Below, piece by piece: positions 1 to 9,021 of a stretch of DNA of 64,000 bases. Both the position numbers and the translations under genes were made by a program. Source of the stretch: Candidatus Latescibacterota bacterium (GTDB lineage Bacteria > Latescibacterota > UBA2968 > GCA-2709665). Under the pieces are notes generated by a model. The model did no database searches, was not told the DNA's origin, and was given only the letters and a program-made list of their open reading frames with translations. Where the stretch lies: NCBI GenBank assembly GCA_965219455.1, contig OZ244744.1:3328001-3392000 (forward strand), in the 5' to 3' direction. How positions within the stretch are numbered: position 1 is the first letter of the stretch; each line of letters opens with the position of its first letter.

Positions 1-580
1 CCTCCATCCGGTGCTGTGCCCACCGCCACCAGGACGGGGAGGCCCAGTCGACCTCCCTGGGCGGCGGCTCGCCGGAATCGCGTTCGTATTCGGCGACACA
101 GTGGTCGCAATAGCAGCCCACGTCTCCGTTCGAGAACCCGATCTCGGCCTCGTCGTTGAGATGGATTTCCCGCAGCGCCGGCAGCCGGATCACTCTGTGA
201 ATCAGATCCACGTATTCGGCCTTGTTCTTGGGCTGGAACGGGCACAGCCATCTGGTCATCACGAGTTTGTCGCTGTCAAGGGCCGTACCGCTTCCGCCGA
301 TGCACACCAGGCTGCGTTCCGGGTGGGTCCGCAGGAACGTCTCCCGGTATTTCATGTATCCCGTAAACACGATGACACCCAGGCCGAATTCCTCGGCCCA
401 TTCTGCCAGCCGGCACACCTTCTCCCAGACGTACCCCTGTCCGGTGAATTTGTCGTCGTCGGGTTTCAGCCCCAATCCGATGTCCGTAAAACCCTCCTCG
501 CTGACCCATTTAACGTAGTCGCGGGAATAGCTGGCCTCTTCAAAGTGCAGCATCGCGGTCCTTCGAATGGTCCTTTTCAT
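1..580 (-). CDS. GH42/GHL-like TIM-barrel glycoside-hydrolase-like protein, 3' end runs off the window (not in the ORF track)
   Basis: Manual translation from ATG at 580 (AAAGGGG RBS): MKRTIRRTAMLHFEEASYSRDYVKWVSEEGF...WLCPFQPKNKAEY...IHLNDEAEIGF...GCYCDHCVAEY...WWRWAQHR. Open to the window edge; the NDE and CYCxxC motifs resemble GH42-like folds. Confidence 0.7.
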   Translation of the reverse strand, partial: MKRTIRRTAMLHFEEASYSRDYVKWVSEEGFTDIGLGLKPDDDKFTGQGYVWEKVCRLAEWAEEFGLGVIVFTGYMKYRETFLRTHPERSLVCIGGSGTALDSDKLVMTRWLCPFQPKNKAEYVDLIHRVIRLPALREIHLNDEAEIGFSNGDVGCYCDHCVAEYERDSGEPPPREVDWASPSWWRWAQHRME

Positions 581-599
581 CCTGCCCCTTTCCGTATTA

Positions 600-1565
600 T
601 TAAAGGGTTGTCTTTTCAACACGGACGGGAATGGCGCTGGTCCAGGCCCGGCGCCCGTATTCGTCCTCCACACAAGCGAATACCCAGTCCCGCATGCGGT
701 AACCGTCCACGGTCAGGTCCACCTCGAACCGTTTCGAAGGCGCCGCAGCCTGGACGCTGCGGACGCCGAACCCCTTCGACCGGAAGTGACACGCCGTGCA
801 GGGGCTGCATTCCACGACAATCGCGCCACGTGTCTCGATGCGGATATCGTGAATTTGAGGCCCCTCGCTGGCGTACGTACGGTGCGCGCGAATCCCGTCC
901 AGAATACCCTCGACCCCCGGTCGGCGCACAAGCACACCGGTCCAGGTCCGTCCCGTCACGTCCGCGTCTTTCAGCACAATCGCATCGTCCACGCCGATTG
1001 CGGCCAGGCGGACGCCGGCGTTAATGAGCATCTGCCAGAGTTCCTCGGAACACTCCTTGCCGTTGATCTGCCAGGTCAGCCGGTTGCTCACCTCCAGCCC
1101 GACGACCCCGGACCGCGCCAGTGCATACGCTTTCTCCCAGGAATAGTCGCTCCAGGCGGGGTGCGCCAGCACGGCCAGACCGCCTTGCGCCTCGGTGTCC
1201 CGAACCAGGCGGGAGACATCCTCAACGGTGCCGTCCAGCGGCCGGGGCAGGTGCGTGAGGCCCAGACAGATAATGTGGGTCAGATCGTTCCCTTCGGGGC
1301 AGAAAACCTCTGCTCCAGGCACGGTCACGAAGGCTTCCGTTGCTTCCGGCATTGGCGTGATACTGAGATAGTCGGTTGTCGCAAGAAAATCGAACCCCAG
1401 GTTCCTGTAGTGCTCGCAAACTTCGCGGGACTCGCCCATCTGCGCCACGTGGGAATGCAGGCCGCCCCGAAGCCAGCGGCCGCCGCCTTCGAACGGGTTG
1501 TCGACCTCAATCCTCAGCCGGATCGGTCCCTTCTTGTCGCGTCCTTCGATCTCAAATTTCGTCAT
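600..1565 (-). CDS. PHP-domain (CehA/McbA-like) metallohydrolase
   Basis: WLRGGLHSH, DFLATTDY, GAEV, HIICLG, LAHP, GLEVSN and GVDDA metal-binding motifs. Confidence 0.85.
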   Translation of the reverse strand: MTKFEIEGRDKKGPIRLRIEVDNPFEGGGRWLRGGLHSHVAQMGESREVCEHYRNLGFDFLATTDYLSITPMPEATEAFVTVPGAEVFCPEGNDLTHIICLGLTHLPRPLDGTVEDVSRLVRDTEAQGGLAVLAHPAWSDYSWEKAYALARSGVVGLEVSNRLTWQINGKECSEELWQMLINAGVRLAAIGVDDAIVLKDADVTGRTWTGVLVRRPGVEGILDGIRAHRTYASEGPQIHDIRIETRGAIVVECSPCTACHFRSKGFGVRSVQAAAPSKRFEVDLTVDGYRMRDWVFACVEDEYGRRAWTSAIPVRVEKTTL

Positions 1566-1683
1566 CCGTTGCTCCGCGCTTCGCCAACAACGCCTTGACC
1601 TGCCTGCTGTTGGATTGTGAAGCCATCGACGTTGACCGGTTGCCAGAGGACGTCTTCAGGCAGGTTATAGCGTCAGTCGTACA

Positions 1684-2733
1684 TCAGAAAGCAAATGCCT
1701 TCCGTAGCGGCGCCGACCGCTCCGCCCTGTGGTACCAACCCTGTGGCGCGTAATCGCTCATATGGAGGTAGCATTTGATGTTGACGTCCGATGCCCCTTC
1801 CGAAAACGTCAGCAGCCTGCTCATGGAAATGTTCTTTTTTCCGTGATATCTCGAAATAGCCGCCACATTGAGGAAGGTCACGCCCCATTTCCGCTCCAGG
1901 TGCGACCGTCCGCCGTGGGTGTCGTCCGGATTCGTATGGGTATGGCCCCCGAGCCAGAGGTCGATTGCACCAGGATTCGTCTCCAGGTACGACTCGAATG
2001 CCCCTGCATCCGGTTTTCTCCCGACGAAATAGAGGTACGATGCGCCAACCGGGGCGCCTTCTTCAAACCGGCCGTGATATCCTCCGTCCACACCTTCCCA
2101 GGGTCCGGACGCCACCGTCGTGTCTTTCAACATATGGTGGTGCGCCGTCACGATGATCTTGTCCTGATTCGCCACTACGTTCTCTGTCCACCATTCGAAC
2201 GTTTCCCGGGTCACCGCGCCGGCAGGGAACCCACCTCTATCGGCCCGCCCAACCGGCGGACCGCCGTCGTTGCGGTCTCCCATCGCGAGAAACAGGATAT
2301 TCCCCACCTGAAACGAGTACCGCTCCCAGGTCCCCTCGATCGGGTACGGCCGCCTGCCGGCGTGAACGTTGGAATATCCGGTATTTTCACCCGTGGGGTC
2401 CACCCATTTCCGGAACCACCACTGGCACGGCTCGCCCGGGCCGCTCGCGTCGTGGTTGCCAACGATATTGTAGAAGTCTTCGCGGGCATGAAGGGTCGAC
2501 ACGCTGTACTGACTGACGACCTCTTTTCCTTCCTCGTCGTCCGGCGGCGTCTGTGATCCCGACAGGTCTCCAATATCCAGATTAATGTCCCACTCGAACG
2601 GCGGCCCGCCTTCCGCGCCGCCCTTTTCGGCCTGCAAGATCGCCTCGGCCAGGCTGCGGCGATTGCCCGCCGCCAGATCCGTGCCCACGTGCGCATCGCC
2701 GCCCGCCCAGAGCTTGAACGTCCTTTCACTCAC
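1684..2733 (-). CDS. Calcineurin-like metallophosphoesterase
   Basis: GDAHVG, IGDL, VGNHD, TAHHH and GGHTH motifs. Probable GTG start at 2733, just after the stop of the upstream gene. Confidence 0.85.
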   Translation of the reverse strand: MSERTFKLWAGGDAHVGTDLAAGNRRSLAEAILQAEKGGAEGGPPFEWDINLDIGDLSGSQTPPDDEEGKEVVSQYSVSTLHAREDFYNIVGNHDASGPGEPCQWWFRKWVDPTGENTGYSNVHAGRRPYPIEGTWERYSFQVGNILFLAMGDRNDGGPPVGRADRGGFPAGAVTRETFEWWTENVVANQDKIIVTAHHHMLKDTTVASGPWEGVDGGYHGRFEEGAPVGASYLYFVGRKPDAGAFESYLETNPGAIDLWLGGHTHTNPDDTHGGRSHLERKWGVTFLNVAAISRYHGKKNISMSRLLTFSEGASDVNIKCYLHMSDYAPQGWYHRAERSAPLRKAFAF

Positions 2734-2741
2734 TTTCCGCC

Positions 2742-4151
2742 TCACTTCGCGGTATAGTTCGTTGCCAGGGGACACGCATCCCCGTGCATGGCGAGCAATG
2801 CCAGCCTCGCAAGGCCGTGCAGCAGGTCCCCCGGAACCATCTGGGACTCGTACCATTCGATGCCCGCCGCACCCCTCAGAAGATCACCGTTCATATAAAT
2901 GGAGATCATCGTCCGGGCCATTTCAAATCCCTGTTCCAGCCAGTCCGTGTCGCCGGTGAGATCGTAGAGGTCCGCCAGCAACTCGACTGCCAGCCCGGCA
3001 TCCATCGCCGGGACCGGTTCGCCTTCGGGGAAGGGGGATTTCAAATACCAGCGCCCGGCATTGTCCGCCCAGTTCAGCAGCCGTTCATCCTCCGTCAGTC
3101 GATAGATGCACAGGGCGATCAGAGCCACGTAAGCAAGCGGCCAATTTCCGTATACGCTTCCCCAAACCGGGGTCGTGCTCAGGACCTCATTCGTCTGACG
3201 CCGGCATGCAGACACAAAAATACCCGCGTCCATATCGTGGGGGGCCGACAGAAAGCCTTCGATATACACACCGGCGCGCTTCCGCATCAGTTCGATCGGT
3301 CCTCGTCCACTTCCGTCCAGTAGTTCAGCGGCCTCCAGCAGGCTGGCCGCCAGCGAAACCGTCTGCGGCGGGGTGTTCGCGTTGTGCATTCGCGCCGACG
3401 CTTGAGGACACTTCGTCTTGGACAGCAACAGGCCGTTCGGATCCCGGTGGGGCCACCAGTAGTCCAGCATGACCCGGATCTGTCTCAGAAAATCCTCACG
3501 TTTCGTCTTCGCGTGGGCGAACGACCAGTCCAGAATGTAAAACCCCCCGTGACGCGGGAAATCCGTCGACTCCGGTCCGCGCTCGAGACGCTCTTTGCGT
3601 TCGACGTGGGCGTGACGAATATATTCCCGCGGTTCCCCGTCCTTGTAGTGGTAATCCAGCCCTTCGGCAAATCGCTCGACACACCGGGCGTTGAATCCAT
3701 ACAGCTTCTCCCACAGCCAGACGGGCGCCTGCCGCAGATGGTCGTGTAACGTGGTCCCGGGCTCCTTTTCGGGAACGGCCAGCCGGTGGCTGTCGCCCAC
3801 CCGGTTCTCTTCCAGGTGCCAGTACGCGTGCTCGCCCCACGGGAACAGACCGGTAACCGTATCCGTGCAATGGCTCGCAAAACGGCGCAGATACCTGTCC
3901 GCCGCTTCCGGATACCCGTCGCGGTCCAGCGCGTACATGATCTTGAGCACTTGCTGGTCGTGCATCAGATTGCTTCCCAGAAAGGCGCGGTCACCCATCC
4001 GCTGCCCCGGAATCGGCGGGGGCAGTTCCGTCAACATCCGGTGAGTTTCCAGGTCCAGCAGGGAGGGAAACAAACCGCCATAGGCCTTCCCGGACTCAAT
4101 CAGCACGTCGATCGAATCGCAGACCTTTTTCAGTATCGCATCAGGGGTCAT
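2742..4151 (-). CDS. Alpha/alpha-barrel protein, pectate lyase family 2 (PL2)-like
   Basis: SNLMHDQQVLK...YPEAADRYL..F...TGLFPWGEH resembles the PL2 N-terminal signature (SNL..QQN..R...GLLYWGGH). ATGA overlap with the upstream gene at 4148-4151. Confidence 0.55.
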   Translation of the reverse strand: MTPDAILKKVCDSIDVLIESGKAYGGLFPSLLDLETHRMLTELPPPIPGQRMGDRAFLGSNLMHDQQVLKIMYALDRDGYPEAADRYLRRFASHCTDTVTGLFPWGEHAYWHLEENRVGDSHRLAVPEKEPGTTLHDHLRQAPVWLWEKLYGFNARCVERFAEGLDYHYKDGEPREYIRHAHVERKERLERGPESTDFPRHGGFYILDWSFAHAKTKREDFLRQIRVMLDYWWPHRDPNGLLLSKTKCPQASARMHNANTPPQTVSLAASLLEAAELLDGSGRGPIELMRKRAGVYIEGFLSAPHDMDAGIFVSACRRQTNEVLSTTPVWGSVYGNWPLAYVALIALCIYRLTEDERLLNWADNAGRWYLKSPFPEGEPVPAMDAGLAVELLADLYDLTGDTDWLEQGFEMARTMISIYMNGDLLRGAAGIEWYESQMVPGDLLHGLARLALLAMHGDACPLATNYTAK

Positions 4152-5440
4152 GGCTTCTTGAAGATCCATACCTTCTCGCGATCCGAAACCAGCACCTCCT
4201 CACTGCCATCCCCGTCAAGATCTCCAATGGCCTCGGTATGGCTCGTGCCGAAATAACGGCCTCCGGCGGGAAAGGACTCGAGACCGAACTTCTGAAACCT
4301 GTCGTAGAAATTCTTCCGCACGTTCAGCCGCGCCAGTTCCCTGCCCGAGGGGTCCACCCAGAGTACGCGGTGGTCGGCGTTGGTCTCGGCCGGCCATTCC
4401 CGGCGGATCAGGCTGTTCTGGCCCAGGTCGGTGGGCCAGTCGACAACAGCGTAATAGCCCATTGTGCGGTGGCGAGACAACTCCCGGCCATGGGCGTTTA
4501 CGACGGCGGCTTCCCGTTCTTCCGCACGCCCCATCGCCTTGTCGACAAAGGCCAACTGAAGCCCGGTTTCAGCGTCGAAGAATCTTCCGGGCAGGATGTT
4601 CTGGCAGTGATGCATCGGAACGGTGAACCGCTCCGTTCCATCGGTGTTGTGAACAACCGCGTCGTGCCCATCGTGGGCAAGGGCAAATTCGAACCGTCCG
4701 TCGCCGTCGATATCCGCTATCACCGAATCGTCCAGGTGGTCGTTTTCCGACATCGGCGGATGGGACCACAGGGGGCTGCCGTCGTGGTCGAACAGGCTGA
4801 AGCCGATCAGGAGTTCGTCCAGCCCGTCTCCATCCACGTCGGCGTAGTTGCCCCCATGCCCGGCGCCGTCCACCTCTTTTTCCCAGACCACATTGAAGTT
4901 GTGGTCCAGAAGCAGGCTGGGATTTCCGTAGCCATGCGTGGCGGAAGACGTTACGCTTTTTGTAAAGATGTGATACTTTCCGGAGTGATCGGTTCGAACC
5001 GCGCGGGAGAAATAAAACCCCGAATGGGGCAACTCATGCCGGCTGCACAGCGCACCCGTGGCCCCTTTGTACACCATCAACCCGGCTTTGTGGATGATCA
5101 TAATCTCAATCTGTCCGTCTCCATCCAGGTCCACCACCTCGCAGAAATTGCTTCCGTTCCAGGAAAAGGGCCGCTCGAGCGCCCAGGGCTCGCCAACCTG
5201 CCAGAGAATCTGACCCGCCCCATCCGTAAGGGTCAGACAAAAGAGCTCCTGGTCTTCCACACCGGTCTTATACCCCTGTACGTCGGAAAATCGCGGATCG
5301 AACGCCTCGTTGGCATGCGCACCCGCGCTTTGTACGAACAGAACTTCGTTCTTCCCATCACCGTTAAAGTCCCGGATGGTGAAAGCCGGACACCCCCACG
5401 GGCGCACGTCCCAGACCGCAACGGGATCCACAATCTTCAT
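4148..5440 (-). CDS. FG-GAP/VCBS beta-propeller, rhamnogalacturonan lyase PL11-like
   Basis: Five DxDGDG..E repeats. GHGGNYADVDGDGLDELLIGFSLFDHDG..LW...DHLD resembles YesW/YesX-type segments. No signal peptide. Confidence 0.7.
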   Translation of the reverse strand: MKIVDPVAVWDVRPWGCPAFTIRDFNGDGKNEVLFVQSAGAHANEAFDPRFSDVQGYKTGVEDQELFCLTLTDGAGQILWQVGEPWALERPFSWNGSNFCEVVDLDGDGQIEIMIIHKAGLMVYKGATGALCSRHELPHSGFYFSRAVRTDHSGKYHIFTKSVTSSATHGYGNPSLLLDHNFNVVWEKEVDGAGHGGNYADVDGDGLDELLIGFSLFDHDGSPLWSHPPMSENDHLDDSVIADIDGDGRFEFALAHDGHDAVVHNTDGTERFTVPMHHCQNILPGRFFDAETGLQLAFVDKAMGRAEEREAAVVNAHGRELSRHRTMGYYAVVDWPTDLGQNSLIRREWPAETNADHRVLWVDPSGRELARLNVRKNFYDRFQKFGLESFPAGGRYFGTSHTEAIGDLDGDGSEEVLVSDREKVWIFKKP

Positions 5441-5452
5441 TTAGCGTTCTCC

Positions 5453-6502
5453 TCAGGATAGTGGAAAGTCGACCCGGGCGTTTCCCGCGTGATGCGACTT
5501 CAGAATGCCCAGAATGACCTCCAGCGACTTCCTCGCCTCACGAGCGGGAGAAACCGGTTCTCCTCCGTGCTCAAGCAAGTGTACCAATTCCGCCACCATG
5601 GCGCCCTTGGAATGGAGCATGTAATGCTCCGGAACGATCTCGGAAGTCTCGAACGAGGCGCCGCGGATCAGCCTGGCGGACGTATCGGTCGCTTCCACCC
5701 GCCCGTCCTCGCACGTCAGAACGAACCGCCACCCGGAAAACCCCGTCTTGAAGGAGTTGAAAAAGGCCCTTACGCCATTCCCGAACCGGATGTAGGCCGA
5801 GGCATATGGATCGCTTGCGGAATCCTTTCCTCCCCCTCCCTGATACTCGGTGAAGTGTTCGAACCCGTCCTGCAGGTCCGCCACCAGCCACTGAGGGTCC
5901 CCGTCGGCAAAAAAGCAGACCGTATCCAGGGCATGGGTTCCATTGCGAAACAACATCGACCGCAGACCGAACATCTCGCACCCGATGGTGCGCAGCGGTC
6001 CGATCCGGCCGCTTCGGACAATCTCACGCGCCTTGAGGTACTGTGGGTACCACCTGCGGGAGTGATCCACTGAAAGAATGGTCCCGCTCGCTTCGGCCGC
6101 GGCAATCATCCGGTCGGCGTCTTCGAGCGTTGTCGCCAGGGGTTTCTCACAAAGTATCGCGGGCGTACCGCGTTCAGCAGCGGCCACAACGATATCGGCG
6201 TGGAAGTGGTCGGACGTCGCGACGCTCACCAGGTCGGGGCTCTCAGTCTCCAGCATCTCCCGATAATCGACGTAATAGCGCATATCGGGCCACACGTCGT
6301 TCCAGTTCGCCCTGAATCCGTCCAGCGCCTCCTCACGCAGGTCGCACACACCGGTCAGCCGTGTCTGAGGACACCGGTAATAGGCCGAGGCGTGCGACAT
6401 CGGCATCGCGCCATATACCGGCAGATTTTCTTCTTCCACCGGCCGTTTGGCCCCGATTCCCGTCAGCCCTACGATAACCGCGCGGTATTCACCTCCGGAC
6501 AT
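5453..6502 (-). CDS. Gfo/Idh/MocA family oxidoreductase
   Basis: N-terminal Rossmann IVGLTGIG, plus CEKPLA and GTHALD. Confidence 0.92.
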   Translation of the reverse strand: MSGGEYRAVIVGLTGIGAKRPVEEENLPVYGAMPMSHASAYYRCPQTRLTGVCDLREEALDGFRANWNDVWPDMRYYVDYREMLETESPDLVSVATSDHFHADIVVAAAERGTPAILCEKPLATTLEDADRMIAAAEASGTILSVDHSRRWYPQYLKAREIVRSGRIGPLRTIGCEMFGLRSMLFRNGTHALDTVCFFADGDPQWLVADLQDGFEHFTEYQGGGGKDSASDPYASAYIRFGNGVRAFFNSFKTGFSGWRFVLTCEDGRVEATDTSARLIRGASFETSEIVPEHYMLHSKGAMVAELVHLLEHGGEPVSPAREARKSLEVILGILKSHHAGNARVDFPLS

Positions 6503-6556
6503 TTGTCACCCCCATAAGAAAATCAAGACGGCCTGCAGCGAGAAGTCGGCGTGCGC

Positions 6557-8989
6557 TCACACCGTTACATAGTCCGACGGTGTGCTCGGGACGCCACCGG
6601 CATCCACCGCCACGACCCGATAGGACATCCCCTTCTCAACGTCGTTCAACGGCCAACTGTTTTGATCGACAGCGCCCAGCAAATTCCCATCCGTCGCGGA
6701 AAACCCGCCGGGCTCCCGGCAGCCGTGAACAAGATAGCGTTTCGCACGGTTCCCTTCGTCGTTCGCGGACCATACCAGCGTTCGTTTTCTGCCCCTGCCC
6801 TCCAATCTCAGGCCCACCGGAAGACGCGGGCCGTGGGGCACGAATGAACGCACTTCGCTCCAATCCCCCCACACCCCCTTTTCGTTCCGCGCCCGGACAC
6901 GCCAGTAATACGTTTCGTCCGGATTCAGCAGATTGGGAAACTCCGCCTGCCACTTCGTCCCGCCCGCGTAGGCGGTTCTTCCAACGTACCGGTCGAACGC
7001 GGGGCATACGCACCACCTGAAGTCCGCATACCGGCTGACCTGTATGTGGTAATCTTCCACCTTTCCGCTGCCCCCCCGCGCGCGCTTCCAGCGGAATTCG
7101 AAATCCAGCCTGTTCGCGTCGGCGCCTTGTTCAGGGTACACCAGCCCGGGGGCTCCCGGTGGACGGATGGATCGTTCCTCCTGCCAGCCATACGTGACCT
7201 GCACCTTCCGGTTTCCGGGGCTGTCATCCCGGTAGGCAATCGTATTCTCGCCGCAGAATAGCGAAGGCAGAGACCGCGTGGCGCATTGGATATCCGTATC
7301 GAAACGGATCGCGTCCAGACCCACAGCGTCGGGCCGGGATCCCGCCCACATGGCCACTTTGACGTAGTATTCGTAACCTGGGCCCATCCGCCAACCCAGA
7401 TCCGTCTCCCCGCGCCAATCGTTCAGCGCCGGGTTGAGGTACCAGTCCAGTTCCACACGGGCGTCCAGCCGCCGCCCGATGGCGACCCACAAAGACCGCC
7501 AGTCTTCGCCGTCTTTGGAAAACAGCACTTCCAGACCGTCTTCCTGCGTGTCACATCGACATCTGATACCCACTTGCGCCCCGGCAATCGCGTAGGGCGA
7601 CGTCACACGCCACACCACCTCCGACACCTCCCCTTTCTTTTCAGGATGCAGCGCAACCCGCCTCCCTGAAGTCTCCTGTACGACGTTTTTCGCGTGTTCG
7701 GCCCCCCTCAAAGCAAGCGGGTTGCGCAGGTCGGGCCGGTAGGCCAGTTTGCCGTTGGAATACCGTACGGTCGGGTAAAGCCGCTTCCCCCGGATCACGT
7801 TCTTTCCCACGTTGTCCCAGTAGCGGACGAGTTTCTCGCCAGGGCGCAGCCGCAGCGCCATTGTCCGTGCGGGCGGGAATTCCCCCGGCGTCTGTTTGAT
7901 CTTTCCCGCGGCGTCCATCCAGGCGCCGCCCTTGTTGGGAGGATATACGAACTGGCCTTCCCGGAAGGGCGTGTAGTAATAGTCCTTCTCGGGCAGGTCG
8001 CGCCCGCACAGGCCCAGGTTGCGGTGGGAGCGGCGCAGCAGGTCGATATCCCTGGCCAGGTCCTCGGAACCGGCAACGGTCCTGTTGTCCCGTTTAAGAA
8101 AAAACACCATGAGATCCGTATCCAGAAAATGCCATGCCCCGTCCGTATACGCCTCGAAGATATCGTGCCCGCAACTGCGCCCGCGGCCGTATCCGTCGAT
8201 GGTGCCTCCAAGCCAGATTTCCCGGCCCTCCACGCCCATCGCCTCAGCGATGCGCCGGCTCGTGATGGCGTTGGCCACACAGCCCTCGAACCCGTACACG
8301 TTGAAGAGTCTGACGGGGTCGCTGGTCTGGTCGAACCAGGACATACCGATCCGGCTGTCGTAAAGCTCGTCGACCACGAATTTCCAGATCGCCATCATCT
8401 TGTCCCGGTCGCTCAGCCGTCCTCCGCCGGCGATGCCGGAGATCTCTTTCGCCATCGTCTCCGCCGACCACCAGTCCCGCTGCCCGTTTGCCACCACCCA
8501 TGGGTTCTCCACGTCCGTCTCTCCAACGTTCTCGATGGCGACGTACCGGTTGGGCTCGAAGGCCTGGTCGTACGGCGGCATACTCGAATTGGGACCGGGA
8601 CAGTAGACCTCCGGGCCCACAGTCACCGTATTGGATTCATCCAGGTACCCCCCCATGGAAATCGTGAATTCCTCGTGATTCCCCGTCAGCACGAAACGCC
8701 GCTCCTTCTGCGCCCGGGGCACGGCAACCCGAAGCGGACTTCCTTCCCCGAGGCTGCTCGTTTCCGGATACAGACTGGGCGCCCGCCATTCCACCGCAAG
8801 GTAGAAATAGGTCTTTCCCGGTTCCAGGTACACCGTATCGTCATACGTCTCATCAAACGCCAGCCCCACCTCTTCGTAGGGCCCGGTCGCCTTGCGAGAC
8901 CTGTATATGCGGGCACCGGTGGCGCCTGCCAGTCCCACCCCCAACCGCACCTGGTTCACCGCAACCTGCAAAACCTGTAGTTTCAACAT
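6557..8989 (-). CDS. 810-aa protein with transglutaminase-like core and FN3-like domains
   Basis: Candidate Cys-His-Asp triad GFEGC / GHDIFE / WHFLDTD. FN3-like LEPGKTYFY, LNPDETYYWRVRARN..G.WGDWS and YRVVAVD segments. Confidence 0.7.
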   Translation of the reverse strand: MLKLQVLQVAVNQVRLGVGLAGATGARIYRSRKATGPYEEVGLAFDETYDDTVYLEPGKTYFYLAVEWRAPSLYPETSSLGEGSPLRVAVPRAQKERRFVLTGNHEEFTISMGGYLDESNTVTVGPEVYCPGPNSSMPPYDQAFEPNRYVAIENVGETDVENPWVVANGQRDWWSAETMAKEISGIAGGGRLSDRDKMMAIWKFVVDELYDSRIGMSWFDQTSDPVRLFNVYGFEGCVANAITSRRIAEAMGVEGREIWLGGTIDGYGRGRSCGHDIFEAYTDGAWHFLDTDLMVFFLKRDNRTVAGSEDLARDIDLLRRSHRNLGLCGRDLPEKDYYYTPFREGQFVYPPNKGGAWMDAAGKIKQTPGEFPPARTMALRLRPGEKLVRYWDNVGKNVIRGKRLYPTVRYSNGKLAYRPDLRNPLALRGAEHAKNVVQETSGRRVALHPEKKGEVSEVVWRVTSPYAIAGAQVGIRCRCDTQEDGLEVLFSKDGEDWRSLWVAIGRRLDARVELDWYLNPALNDWRGETDLGWRMGPGYEYYVKVAMWAGSRPDAVGLDAIRFDTDIQCATRSLPSLFCGENTIAYRDDSPGNRKVQVTYGWQEERSIRPPGAPGLVYPEQGADANRLDFEFRWKRARGGSGKVEDYHIQVSRYADFRWCVCPAFDRYVGRTAYAGGTKWQAEFPNLLNPDETYYWRVRARNEKGVWGDWSEVRSFVPHGPRLPVGLRLEGRGRKRTLVWSANDEGNRAKRYLVHGCREPGGFSATDGNLLGAVDQNSWPLNDVEKGMSYRVVAVDAGGVPSTPSDYVTV

Positions 8990-9021
8990 TGCTGCCCTCC
9001 GTGTCAGCCTTCACGCGCGCG

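Noticed and set aside
11-1598. Long + strand ORFs 11..1024 and 567..1598
   Set aside because: Antisense shadows of motif-bearing minus-strand genes, as expected in high-GC DNA.
1585-1673. Imperfect inverted repeat (acctgcctg/caggcaggt) resembling an integron attC site
   Set aside because: The ends do not fit RYYYAAC/GTTRRRY, there is no integrase and no cassette array; more likely a REP-like remnant.
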